The position numbers were made by a program, and so were the translations under genes. DNA of 64,000 nt, taken from NCBI GenBank assembly GCA_965222375.1, contig CBDCTZ010000015.1:384001-448000 (forward strand). Reading direction: 5' to 3'. Below are positions 30,246 through 39,351 of the stretch, one piece after another. Origin of the DNA: Polyangiaceae bacterium (lineage in GTDB: Bacteria; Myxococcota_A; Polyangia; Polyangiales; Polyangiaceae). The number at the start of each line of letters is the position of its first letter. Position 1 is the stretch's first letter. Under the pieces are notes generated by a model. That model saw only the letters and a list, made by a program, of their open reading frames with translations. It had not been told where the DNA came from and made no database searches.

Positions 30246-30836
30246 GTGAGCAGCAGCGCCCAACTTTCTCTCGAACGAGCGCGCCGGCACTATTTCGAGT
30301 CTCTGGGTACGGCTGGTATCGACTACGACTCCTGGTTCATTCGGATACCCCTCTATGGCGTGCAAGTGGGCATACTGAACCCGCCCGCTCACGGCCGAGC
30401 CCTCCGCGCTCACGACTTGCACCACATACTCACCGGCTACGACACGTCCATAGTCGGCGAGTGCGAAATCAGCGCCTGGGAACTAGCCGGGGGCAGCGGA
30501 GCCTATGTGGCAGCGATAGGCTTCGACCTCGCCGGCACCGGGCTGGGCATGCTGCTCGCGCCTCATCGCACCCTGCTTGCTTTCGCGCGCGGGCGCCGCA
30601 GCCAAAATCTGTTTCGCCGCCGCTATTCCGATGCGTTGCTCAGCCGCAGCGTTGGCGAGATGCGCGACGAGCTGAAGATCGGCCCGGCCCCAACTCCGAC
30701 CCTCGGCGACATGGTGCGATTCGCCTTCTGGGCCAGCCTCGGTCTCTTCGGTTTGGTGCTGTGGCCCCTCACCTGGATTGCCATCGTCGTGACCTGTTTG
30801 GCTCCGCCACCCCGCGAGTCGCGGGCCACCCCATGA
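30246..30836 (+). CDS. Coq4-like hypothetical protein
   Basis: HDLHHILTGYDT..GECEISAWELAGG motif. Confidence 0.6.
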   Translation: MSSSAQLSLERARRHYFESLGTAGIDYDSWFIRIPLYGVQVGILNPPAHGRALRAHDLHHILTGYDTSIVGECEISAWELAGGSGAYVAAIGFDLAGTGLGMLLAPHRTLLAFARGRRSQNLFRRRYSDALLSRSVGEMRDELKIGPAPTPTLGDMVRFAFWASLGLFGLVLWPLTWIAIVVTCLAPPPRESRATP

Positions 30837-30842
30837 AAGCAG

Positions 30843-31814
30843 CTAGCGTGCTGTAGGCGCAGTGGTGCCCTGGATCTGGACGCCGCAGTAGGGACACGGG
30901 TGGGCCGTACTGCCCGCAGGCACCGAGGAGGGCGCCCCGCAGCCCGGGCACGGGAATTCGTGTGCGGCAACGTCAATCTTCTTTCCACATCGAAAGCAGA
31001 TCACCGCCGTGGCGCCGGTCACGACATCCAGCTGCCCACCGCAGCCGCCACAGCGGCGCAACAGCATCGCAGGAGGCTGAGCCTCGATGTACTGGTCGGT
31101 CAGCCCGGCGTCTTGGATCATGTGGTGCTGACAGTTCTGGGAGATGTACGGCAGCCAGCCCTGAACGAAGGCCGAGATCCCAACTCGTTCGATCACCTGG
31201 GGTGTCACGTCATCCGGGTACTTGGCGAAAGACCCGGCTTCCGTGACGGCTTTCATCTGCGTGGCCAACTGATTGCGAAAAGCCTGGTACACCGCCCAGA
31301 ACGCGTTGTCTGGGAATTGTAGCTGCTGCGGTGGACCACCCAGAGCCACAGCGAAGATCCCGAAGGACACCACGGCACCTTGGAGCATCTGCGACTGACG
31401 CAACTCCGCGATGCGCTGATTCATGTACTTCGTCCACTCCACGACCCGGGGGTCCATGTCGTGCACGGTCATCGTGTCCGTGTAGTAGTCGAGGTAGCGA
31501 ACGCGGTAGTCCGCGTCGACGATGCGTGGCGAATACGACGACGGGCACAGTTCGATGTGTTTCTGGAACAGATGAGTGTAGAGCGACTTGACGGTGCCTC
31601 GGTCACCCTGCCACACAGCCGCCTTGATCTGCGGCGCGAGCTGCCGATGCAGCGCTTCGTAGGCTGGACCGGGCAGCGCGTTGCCCTTCGAGCAGGCCAT
31701 GCTGAAATCCCAATCCGAAAGCGCCCCGCAGAAGTCGCAGTACACGTACGCCGTCGGCGACGGCAGCTGCTTCGGCCCTCCACAGGAGTGGCACTTGACG
31801 ACTCGAACCCGCAC
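30843..31814 (-). CDS. Multi zinc-ribbon hypothetical protein
   Basis: CHSC/CDFC at N-terminus; CGGC, CFRC, CPGC, CPYC at C-terminus. Confidence 0.75.
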   Translation of the reverse strand: MRVRVVKCHSCGGPKQLPSPTAYVYCDFCGALSDWDFSMACSKGNALPGPAYEALHRQLAPQIKAAVWQGDRGTVKSLYTHLFQKHIELCPSSYSPRIVDADYRVRYLDYYTDTMTVHDMDPRVVEWTKYMNQRIAELRQSQMLQGAVVSFGIFAVALGGPPQQLQFPDNAFWAVYQAFRNQLATQMKAVTEAGSFAKYPDDVTPQVIERVGISAFVQGWLPYISQNCQHHMIQDAGLTDQYIEAQPPAMLLRRCGGCGGQLDVVTGATAVICFRCGKKIDVAAHEFPCPGCGAPSSVPAGSTAHPCPYCGVQIQGTTAPTAR

Positions 31815-31927
31815 GCCGCCAGCATAGCCAGGTTGTCAGCGGCCGACAGCGCTTTTTGGACCGCCCTGGACGCGGTCCGTCGACGCGCTGTCCTCGTCCA
31901 CCCGTAATCACTGCGCCGGACGTGCGT

Positions 31928-32650
31928 TCAACCCGAGCCGTTCACCATCAACTCGGAGATCGCCCCTGTTTTCGGATCGTACTTGAAATTGAAGTAGCAG
32001 GCGCCGCCATCCTTGACCATGACCGGCTCGTACAGCCAGCGCTGCTCAGGGCAGGCGCCCGCTGGCCATTCCACCCAATCGCCGGACTTATCCTGCGAGA
32101 GTGCGTAGCGACAGCGGGTCGTGCGCTGCACGGGATGCGCAGCGCAGAACGCGTTGACGAAGATGCGTTTGGAGCCGTCATCAATGCCAACCAGCTGGTA
32201 GCGATAGTCGAGAGGGCGTTTCGCGATCCGTGGTTCCTTTTGTTCGACGAGATCCCGAGCCGTATTCAGCTTGAACACATCCGCCAGGGTCGGCGTCCAG
32301 TACGTTGTCCTCTTGTCGCCGAACAGATAGAACCGTGCCCCACTGGACGCCGGCACGACGGTCGCCTCGATGGGCGCCTGCCCGTTCTTGGCAAGCGAGT
32401 CGTTGAAATACACGAAACCATCGCGCAGCGACTTCGCCCAGCCTGGTGAGAACTGCGGGTCAGCTTGGGGCTGGTTCGATTGAACCGGGGGGGCCGCGGC
32501 CGGGCGTGCCCGAGCTGACTGAGCAGCGCTCATGGCAGTGGGCCGCGCCACCTGGCGTGGCTCCTTCGAGCAGCCTGAACCGACCAAGATCGCCGCGGCG
32601 AGTAGGCCGAAGCCAGAACCAATCCACCCTCGCGGCACCCGACTGCGCAT
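31928..32650 (-). CDS. Hypothetical lipoprotein
   Basis: Lipobox GSGC; YRYQLVG..IFVNAFC..VKDGGACYF..YDP..NG C-terminal domain. Confidence 0.65.
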   Translation of the reverse strand: MRSRVPRGWIGSGFGLLAAAILVGSGCSKEPRQVARPTAMSAAQSARARPAAAPPVQSNQPQADPQFSPGWAKSLRDGFVYFNDSLAKNGQAPIEATVVPASSGARFYLFGDKRTTYWTPTLADVFKLNTARDLVEQKEPRIAKRPLDYRYQLVGIDDGSKRIFVNAFCAAHPVQRTTRCRYALSQDKSGDWVEWPAGACPEQRWLYEPVMVKDGGACYFNFKYDPKTGAISELMVNGSG

Positions 32651-32711
32651 GACCCATGCTCTACTCCAATCTCCCGCTGCGGCAACATCCGGCTGAAAGC
32701 GCCAAGACGAC

Positions 32712-32732
32712 TTATATGCACTGTGCATATAA
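32712..32732. promoter_or_regulatory. Perfect inverted repeat TTATATGCAC-T-GTGCATATAA, probable operator
   Basis: AT-rich 10-bp arms in a divergent intergenic region. Confidence 0.55.
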
Positions 32733-32775
32733 ACGCTCCGTTGCGTCGAACCCGTGACTTGACTACGGATAGGCG

Positions 32776-33246
32776 ATGTCCCGCTTCTCCCCTGCCCTCG
32801 CCGATACTCTGATTGCTGCCGGTTGGTCTGAAGGCCGCAACGCCGCTGAGCTCGTCGCTGGCTGGAAGAAGTCCCAGGCGGTGTTCGCCATGTCTGCAAG
32901 CGTCGAGGGCGTCCTTTCGGAGTTCGGAGGGATCCGAGGTGAACATCCGGCCATCGCGGGAGCATCCGAGGTGGGCTACCGCGAAGGTCGACCCAAGCAG
33001 GGCTTCATCATCGATCCCGACGTGTGCACGATAGACAAGGCTGTATTCCAGGCGCTCTCCCAAGCGGCCGGGGAATCGGGAGTGTTCCCCCTCGGGAGTA
33101 TGTGCGCTGGCAACGTGTCCCTCGTCATAGGTGACAGTGGAGCTGTCTACGCCTTTGGCGCAATCCCGAACTGCTGCCTCGGGAAGAACATCGATGAAGC
33201 CCTCAATCGGATCGCTGTCGGGGAGCCCGGCATCGCGCTGTCCTAG
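32776..33246 (+). CDS. SUKH-3 family immunity protein
   Basis: LIAAGWSEGR, VLSEFGGI, IDP, VFPLG, LVIGDSGAVY, LGKNIDEAL. Confidence 0.75.
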   Translation: MSRFSPALADTLIAAGWSEGRNAAELVAGWKKSQAVFAMSASVEGVLSEFGGIRGEHPAIAGASEVGYREGRPKQGFIIDPDVCTIDKAVFQALSQAAGESGVFPLGSMCAGNVSLVIGDSGAVYAFGAIPNCCLGKNIDEALNRIAVGEPGIALS

Positions 33247-33331
33247 CGCCCGAAACTCCAGGACAACCGCCACGAGCTCCACCGGGAGCCATGTTCAGTT
33301 TGGTTTTTGGGGGATGTGGCGGATTTGCGCG

Positions 33332-33622
33332 TCATCGATGGTTCTTCGAGTTCGCCCGCGAACCGAACAGCGATCCAAGGCGGAAATCTTCGTCGCTGGC
33401 TTCTTCGACCGTGCCGAACTTCGAGAGGCCAGCGGCGCATACGACCGCGTCGATCTCGCCCAGAGCTGAGAACAGGTCTTCGATGGACTTCTTCGAGGCA
33501 AGGTCGACCGTATGATCGCCCTCCTTCAGCCCGACCCGGACCACCTCGTGCTTGCCGCCGAGGCGATCTGCGATGGCTGATCCGATGGTTCCGTTAGCTC
33601 CAATGATGACGACCTTGCTCAT
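33332..33622 (-). pseudogene. 3'-truncated short-chain dehydrogenase
   Basis: IIGANGTIG, VDL, DAVVCAAG; only 96 aa with no catalytic half. Confidence 0.8.
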
Positions 33623-33707
33623 GGTGAATGCCCTTTCGTTATTGGACTCGAGAACAACAATAGGGACCGATCGCTTCTACGTAAGTGATAAAATCTTACT
33701 GCAATCA

Positions 33708-33722
33708 ATCAAAATATCTGAT
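33708..33722. promoter_or_regulatory. LysR T-N11-A box ATCA-N7-TGAT
   Basis: In the AT-rich spacer between divergent SDR and LysR genes. Confidence 0.6.
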
Positions 33723-33736
33723 GCAATAAAGCCCGA

Positions 33737-34630
33737 GTGACGGCTAACGCAGATTTCACCTTGGACCAGCTGCGCGTGCTGGTCGCGATCGCCGACGAAG
33801 GCTCGTTCAAGAAGGCCGCGGAGTCCCTCGGGCGGGTGCAAGGGGCGGTCAGCTACAACGTCGACGCACTGGAGACGCAGCTCGGCATTGCCCTTTTCGA
33901 GAAGGTGGGCCGGCGCTTGGTCCTCACCGATGCGGGCCGAGGGATCCTTCGAGAGGCGCGCGGCGTTCTCGGCCAAGCGGACGAACTAGCCGCTCGCGCA
34001 CTGGAATTTGGGGGCGGGCTCGAGCCCTCGCTTTCGCTTTCTGTAGACGTGCTTTTTCCGCCAGACCTGCTGGCTCGAGCGATCACGCTTTTTCAAGAGG
34101 AGTTTCCGACGGTCCAGCTACATCTGGGCACGGGGATCTTGGGCCACGTTGTTCACCAGGTGATGACGGGGGCTGCTGACTTGGGCGTCAGCGGCACGGA
34201 AGACGTGCCCGCGTCTCTGTCTTGCACAGCGACCCGCTCAGTCGACCTGTGGTGTGTGGTGTCGCCTCGGCACCCACTCGCCCAAGTCAAGGGAAGCATT
34301 CGCGACGAGGAACTCGGAAAGCACGTTCACCTCGTCCTTTCTGACGGTTCCGACGCACGCAGCGCCTCCCTCGGCATTCACGCGCCCCGGCGCTGGAGCG
34401 TCGGTGATCTCGAAACACGTCTCTCGCTGCTAGTGGCCGGACTGGGTTGGTCGCGCATGCCCCACGAACGCATCATTACGCCTCTCAAGAAGAAGCAGCT
34501 GGTTCGGATCTTCCCCGCGCGCTGGGGAAAGCGGCCCTCGAAGGTGCAGCTGCGAGTGCTTCAGCGAAACGCCGAGCAGCTCGGGCCAGCTGGAAGTTGG
34601 CTCCATGGTCATTTCGCCGAGATGGCGTGA
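33737..34630 (+). CDS. LysR family transcriptional regulator
   Basis: LDQLRVLVAIADEGSFKKAAESLGRVQGAVS..LETQLGIALF; substrate-binding domain. Confidence 0.95.
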   Translation: MTANADFTLDQLRVLVAIADEGSFKKAAESLGRVQGAVSYNVDALETQLGIALFEKVGRRLVLTDAGRGILREARGVLGQADELAARALEFGGGLEPSLSLSVDVLFPPDLLARAITLFQEEFPTVQLHLGTGILGHVVHQVMTGAADLGVSGTEDVPASLSCTATRSVDLWCVVSPRHPLAQVKGSIRDEELGKHVHLVLSDGSDARSASLGIHAPRRWSVGDLETRLSLLVAGLGWSRMPHERIITPLKKKQLVRIFPARWGKRPSKVQLRVLQRNAEQLGPAGSWLHGHFAEMA

Positions 34631-34725
34631 ACGCTCAGCGCGGGCTCGTGGTGCAGCCAAACGCCATCGCCCAAGCGGCCGAGGAGAATGGAGTTTCCCC
34701 TCGGAAACATGTGCTCCTGGGGACC

Positions 34726-37700
34726 TCACTGGGGCAGCTGCACCCAAGAAGCGCCGAAGTCGCCGAGGGAGCAGAGCGCCTGGTCGCCCTGGATCGAAAC
34801 ATGCCGGACGGAATAACTGCCAAGCACTTGCTTTCCGACCACCTTGGGCGAGCTGGCTACACTGGCATCGAGCACGACGAGCCTCGCGGGGTAGCCGCCA
34901 GCCGCGACGAGTCGATGGCCATCTGCCACCATATGACTGGCGTAAAAGTAGTTGGCGTCCGTGTCTAGGGTGGCTTGGGCGAAGGTGATCTTACCGGTCT
35001 CGAGTCCAGAAAACACCATCATGGCGTCCCCATATGCGCCGCCGTAGCTGCCGCAGTCATGGCAGGAGTAGTTCGCGAATACGCGATCGGCGCCCACCGC
35101 CGTGTTGTAGAAAGAGTACCCGTGCGGCAATTCCTTCGCCGCGTTCTGTTTGGCGATACTCGTGCCTAGGGAAACGTGTTTGACGCTGCGCTTGATTCCA
35201 ACGCACTTCAAAGTGCTGCTGCCCGCGCCCCCGTAGCCGTAGTCTCCGTAGTACTTCGAGGGGTCGACCACGGCGCCGTAGCCCCATTTGTCCACGCAAT
35301 CTTGATACGAAAGGTGCTCTTTGACCTTCGCGTAGTCCAGGGTGAGGATCTTGTTACTCTGCGCGTTCGTCGCAAAAAGCGAGCCGGGTACGTTGACCGC
35401 AGCCTGACGCTTGGGCGTGCCCGTAACGTCAATTCGTTCCACGTAGAACCGAACCTTGCCCGGGGTGGTCGGGGACGGGATCCAACGGCTGAGAAGTAGC
35501 TGCGTACCCGCCACGTGCAGGCCAGTGAAACCCAGACTCTCCGGCAGCTCGATGCTCGTCAGCTTGGGTGCGCTAGGCGTCGTGAAGTCGACGACGTCAA
35601 TGATCGCTCCTCGAGGCTTGGCTGGGTCGAGGTACGGGTCGACGGCATCGTCCTTCGGACGCAGGAACGCCAACTTCGCGCCCGCACCAACCCAGCGGCT
35701 GCCGGTATCCACTACGTGGGAGCGACCGTAGTAGCCGTAGTAGTGTGGGTAATAGCCGCTGGGTTGCGCGCCCTCTAACGATGCCACGCCTTTCACCACG
35801 GCCTTGGGGCCCGAGATGTCGACGGCGGCAATCTTCGAAGTCGCACCCAACTGCAGCACAAAGACGGTCTGACCGTCAGAGTGGAGCTCGTAGCTGTGGC
35901 CGCCGTAGTAGTAGCTTTTGCAGTCCTCCTTGCTCTTGAAGACATCACGCAGTTCCAGACTGGATAGCGGCTGTGGGTCCTCCACATCCGAACGCTTCGT
36001 CACATCAAGGGTGGGGTTCGATGTCCACCAATTCGCGCCGAGACGCGCAACGCGATCACCCACGATTGCGGTCTTGCTGGTGATGCTCGCGAGGCGAACC
36101 TCGTCTTTGCTGGAAGGCGCATCGAGATTGCCGATGTCGAAGGACTCGACAGAGACGTCGGATACGGCAAGGAGCCGACTCTTGTGCAAGAGCGCACGCC
36201 TGGCTTGCCCCCGGGCTGGCGCGTTCCCACGCTTCTTCAAGGCGTTGTCGTCGAAGCTGACGATCTGCACTCCACTGTTCCAACTCGAACAGCCGTAACC
36301 GATGCCGTTGCCGTAGCTGCGTCCGCTATAGGGAACGAAAATCAGACCCAGGGCGTCGTAGATTGAAAACGCCTTGTGAATTCGGTCCTGGTCTTCGGCG
36401 AAGTTTCCCCAACCGTTGCCTCCAAAGTGCACGCGGCTGAGCATCTTCGGAGCGGTCATGTCCGCGACGTCGAAGAGGGAAACGTTGAGCGATCCGTCCT
36501 TGTTGCCCTGGTCGAAGCCAAGAGCAAGTAGCCGGTCACCGCGGGGTTCCATGTGATAAACCCAACCGGGGATCTCGAGCTCACCGAGCTGTTTGGGCGC
36601 GGTGGGATCGGAAAAGTCGATGGCGAATAGTGGGTCCGTTTGCCTGAAGGTAATAGCGTAGGCGCGGTCACCATCGAAGCGGGCGCTTCTTAACCGCTCC
36701 GGTTCCGGCAACACCATCTTCACATCAGCGACCTTCAAAACGGAGTTCGACGATTGGATCTGATACGTCGAAAGATGTGGGGGCTCGCCAATGCTCCAAA
36801 CTCCGGGCTGACTGATGACCCTCAAGTAGCCGTCCTTTTCGTCGAGCTGCCAGCGGCTCTCGATCATGCCCTCGGCCTCGAAGTTGGCGCCCGCAACCAG
36901 CTTTCCGGAAGGGTCTGAAATGTCAACGATCTGAATGCTGGATGCGTTCTTCCCGTTCCACTCTCGCCCTGCGATGTACATGCGATCTTGGTTGACCATC
37001 ACGCTGCGTTTGCCCCAGCTGTAGCTCTTCTTCGCAGCAGAGAACGCCAACTCGTCCACTTTCTGGACTTGGGTCGGGTTGGTCAGGTTCAGGGAGAGGA
37101 CGGTCGTGCTCTCCGTCTCACGGCACTTGTAGCAATACCCGTTTTCGTAGCTGACGACGTACAGGACCTCGCCCACCTTGCGTGAATCACTGATCTCACC
37201 GGGGATCGTGAATTCTGTGAGTTTCTTGATTGCAGCAGGCGCACTCGCGTCCAGCGTCACGATTCCGCTGGTTTGTTCCGAAGCCCATCCGGATCCGGAT
37301 TGCTTGTACACCGGGATCGACGAGTACATGGCGTGGACCACGCCAGCCTTCACGTACATTTCGAAGGGCATTCCGGCGAAGCGAAAACGGCCGAGCACCT
37401 TCATCGCGTCGGGATTGGCGACGTCGATGACCGAGAGCCCCGAGTACTGCGAAAGGGCATACAAGCGGCTCTCCTCGATTTGGATGATGTCAGCTTCTTC
37501 AATGGTCTTTTGGGCGTCGCCGCCGCCGCTGCCTCCTGTCGCTCCCGCACCGCCCGTACCGGCGCCGGCAGCACCTCCGGATCCCGCACCTGCGTCGGCT
37601 GAGATTCCTCCTCCTGCGCCTTGGTTGTTCGGAGGGTCGGACTCGAACACTCCAGGGTCCCCAGGTGCCGGAACGTCGTCGGCGCCGTCCCCAACGCCGC

Positions 37701-37761
37701 AGCCAACCAGCACGCAAGCCGCTAGCAGGGTTGCAAAGAAATGAAGAGCAGATGAGCGCAT
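34726..37761 (-). CDS. Large beta-propeller lipoprotein (Beta_propel-like)
   Basis: Lipobox LVGC, EEADII, ARFDGDRAYAITFRQTDPLFAID, GELEIPG, VSLFDV. Confidence 0.85.
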   Translation of the reverse strand: MRSSALHFFATLLAACVLVGCGVGDGADDVPAPGDPGVFESDPPNNQGAGGGISADAGAGSGGAAGAGTGGAGATGGSGGGDAQKTIEEADIIQIEESRLYALSQYSGLSVIDVANPDAMKVLGRFRFAGMPFEMYVKAGVVHAMYSSIPVYKQSGSGWASEQTSGIVTLDASAPAAIKKLTEFTIPGEISDSRKVGEVLYVVSYENGYCYKCRETESTTVLSLNLTNPTQVQKVDELAFSAAKKSYSWGKRSVMVNQDRMYIAGREWNGKNASSIQIVDISDPSGKLVAGANFEAEGMIESRWQLDEKDGYLRVISQPGVWSIGEPPHLSTYQIQSSNSVLKVADVKMVLPEPERLRSARFDGDRAYAITFRQTDPLFAIDFSDPTAPKQLGELEIPGWVYHMEPRGDRLLALGFDQGNKDGSLNVSLFDVADMTAPKMLSRVHFGGNGWGNFAEDQDRIHKAFSIYDALGLIFVPYSGRSYGNGIGYGCSSWNSGVQIVSFDDNALKKRGNAPARGQARRALLHKSRLLAVSDVSVESFDIGNLDAPSSKDEVRLASITSKTAIVGDRVARLGANWWTSNPTLDVTKRSDVEDPQPLSSLELRDVFKSKEDCKSYYYGGHSYELHSDGQTVFVLQLGATSKIAAVDISGPKAVVKGVASLEGAQPSGYYPHYYGYYGRSHVVDTGSRWVGAGAKLAFLRPKDDAVDPYLDPAKPRGAIIDVVDFTTPSAPKLTSIELPESLGFTGLHVAGTQLLLSRWIPSPTTPGKVRFYVERIDVTGTPKRQAAVNVPGSLFATNAQSNKILTLDYAKVKEHLSYQDCVDKWGYGAVVDPSKYYGDYGYGGAGSSTLKCVGIKRSVKHVSLGTSIAKQNAAKELPHGYSFYNTAVGADRVFANYSCHDCGSYGGAYGDAMMVFSGLETGKITFAQATLDTDANYFYASHMVADGHRLVAAGGYPARLVVLDASVASSPKVVGKQVLGSYSVRHVSIQGDQALCSLGDFGASWVQLPQ

Positions 37762-37785
37762 GGCGTATCCTCCGCCGCGCCATAG

Positions 37786-37801
37786 AGCACTGGCCGTGCC
37801 A
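37786..37801 (-). promoter_or_regulatory. Sigma-54 promoter of the beta-propeller gene
   Basis: TGGCACG-GCCA-GTGCT followed by GGAGG and ATG 37761. Confidence 0.65.
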
Positions 37802-37858
37802 GTTGATCGGAGTCAATCTGACTGCCGAGTCCCGGTAATTCCACGCCTTAGCGCCGCG

Positions 37859-37888
37859 ACGCTTGGCACGCTTTGGCACGCTTTGGCA
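37859..37888 (+). repeat. Three tandem ~10-bp repeats (ACGCTT(T)GGC)
   Basis: acgcttggc acgctttggc acgctttggc a. Confidence 0.7.
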
Positions 37889-37941
37889 TTCGGGGGCGAC
37901 GTCAGGTCCATGGCAATCTGTGCCGCGCGTGGAACCTGAGC

Positions 37942-39039
37942 TCAAAGCGCTTCGATGTCGACCCATACCGGAAAGTGGTCACTGGGTACGTTCGGCAACT
38001 CGTTGAGTACGCCGCGGCCTACGACGCGTACCGAGCGGAGGTAGGTGAAGTCAATTTGGTAGTTCAAGTTGGGACGAGTGCGACGTTCGGGCTGGGGCAT
38101 GTCGCCGTGCGGGTTTTCGAAGCAGGCCTCGGTCATCAGATCGAATAGGGCCGCGTCGGGAACCGGATTGCCGAGATCTGGAAACACGTTGAAGTCTCCG
38201 GCAATGCAGGCCGCGCGTCGTGGCAGTCCGTCGATGAGGCTCACGATTTCGCCGACTTGCGCCGCGCGCTCCGACGCCTGAGAGCGGTTTTCCAGGTGTG
38301 AGGACGCGACGTGCAGCAAGGACTTGCCGAAGCGCAGGTCCGCGCCGACGAAAGAGCGGCGCCCGGTGCGAACTTCATCCTTGTCCAGGGACCAGTCGTA
38401 GGGGGCGAACAGCCCGTCGCGCTCCAAGGAGCCCACATTGTGGAAGGCGTGGACCGGGTTGCCCAGGGGGTAGCGTGACAGAACGGCGTTACCTTCTTCG
38501 CAACCACCTTGGCTGTGCTCGACGAACTCGACCCCAAAGACCCAGTCCATGCCCCAGCGTTCGGCCAGAGTGCGTGCCTCGTCCACTTGATTGGAGCGAT
38601 CGCAACCGCGGTCGACCTCAACCAGGAGCAGTACGTCCGCCTTGCTGGCAATGGGGTCTTTCTCGAGCACATCAATGATGCCAGAAAGCTCCGTGCCGAA
38701 CTTGATGTTCCACTCCAGGATGCGCAGACGAGTCGGCGGGGGAGCGGTCTCATCGGCCTTTGCGCCGAGGCCGGACGCCATGTCGCAATGCAGGTCCCAG
38801 GGGTTGGCCAGCTCCGACGGCAGCTTGCTGCCCTCGACGCAGAGCCGCACCTGTGTCGGCTCATCCTTGGCGTGCGCACCGTCAATACGGGAAAAGGCAG
38901 CGTCCTTGGGAGTGGTTATGATGGGGCCGCAACGTTCTGGCGCCGGCTTCGCAGGTTCGTCGTCGCTGCTGCAGGCGGCGAGCAGCAGCGCCATGGCTCC
39001 GGGTCCGATCACCGAGCGGCAAGAAACCGGACGCGCCAT
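37942..39039 (-). CDS. Endonuclease/exonuclease/phosphatase family lipoprotein
   Basis: LAAC lipobox, WNIKFG, DVLLLVEVD, GNAVLSRYP, GDFN, IDFTY, SDHFPV; start uncertain. Confidence 0.88.
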   Translation of the reverse strand: MARPVSCRSVIGPGAMALLLAACSSDDEPAKPAPERCGPIITTPKDAAFSRIDGAHAKDEPTQVRLCVEGSKLPSELANPWDLHCDMASGLGAKADETAPPPTRLRILEWNIKFGTELSGIIDVLEKDPIASKADVLLLVEVDRGCDRSNQVDEARTLAERWGMDWVFGVEFVEHSQGGCEEGNAVLSRYPLGNPVHAFHNVGSLERDGLFAPYDWSLDKDEVRTGRRSFVGADLRFGKSLLHVASSHLENRSQASERAAQVGEIVSLIDGLPRRAACIAGDFNVFPDLGNPVPDAALFDLMTEACFENPHGDMPQPERRTRPNLNYQIDFTYLRSVRVVGRGVLNELPNVPSDHFPVWVDIEAL

Positions 39040-39351
39040 CTTTCGCGAAGGCATCACGTCGACAAGGGTAAGCGTTTTGTGCAGACGCGAACATGGCCAG
39101 CTGGCCGCTTCCCGTTGAACGCTAGGCCGCCGTTGACAGCGGCGAGCAAGCGGGCACCGCACCGACCAGAGCGCCCAGGGGTCGACCGTGGCCCGGATCG
39201 AGAGACGTGGCCCGGATCGACCCATCGAACCGACCCCAAAACAAGATGCCTAAATGGACGATGCCATGGGAAACGTCGCCCGAGGCGAGCGCGCCCTAGA
39301 GCTGGACGACGCCGAACAAAAGCTCCGATTGACGGTGCTATGCTCCTCGCG

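Noticed and set aside
37859..37888. TGGCACG repeats as a + strand sigma-54 promoter
   Set aside because: GG-to-GC spacing is 9, not 10, and no + strand gene follows
38509..39351. N-terminal 281 aa of the 1037-aa ORF
   Set aside because: Overlaps the antisense EEP gene; the GH92 signal peptide starts at 39352
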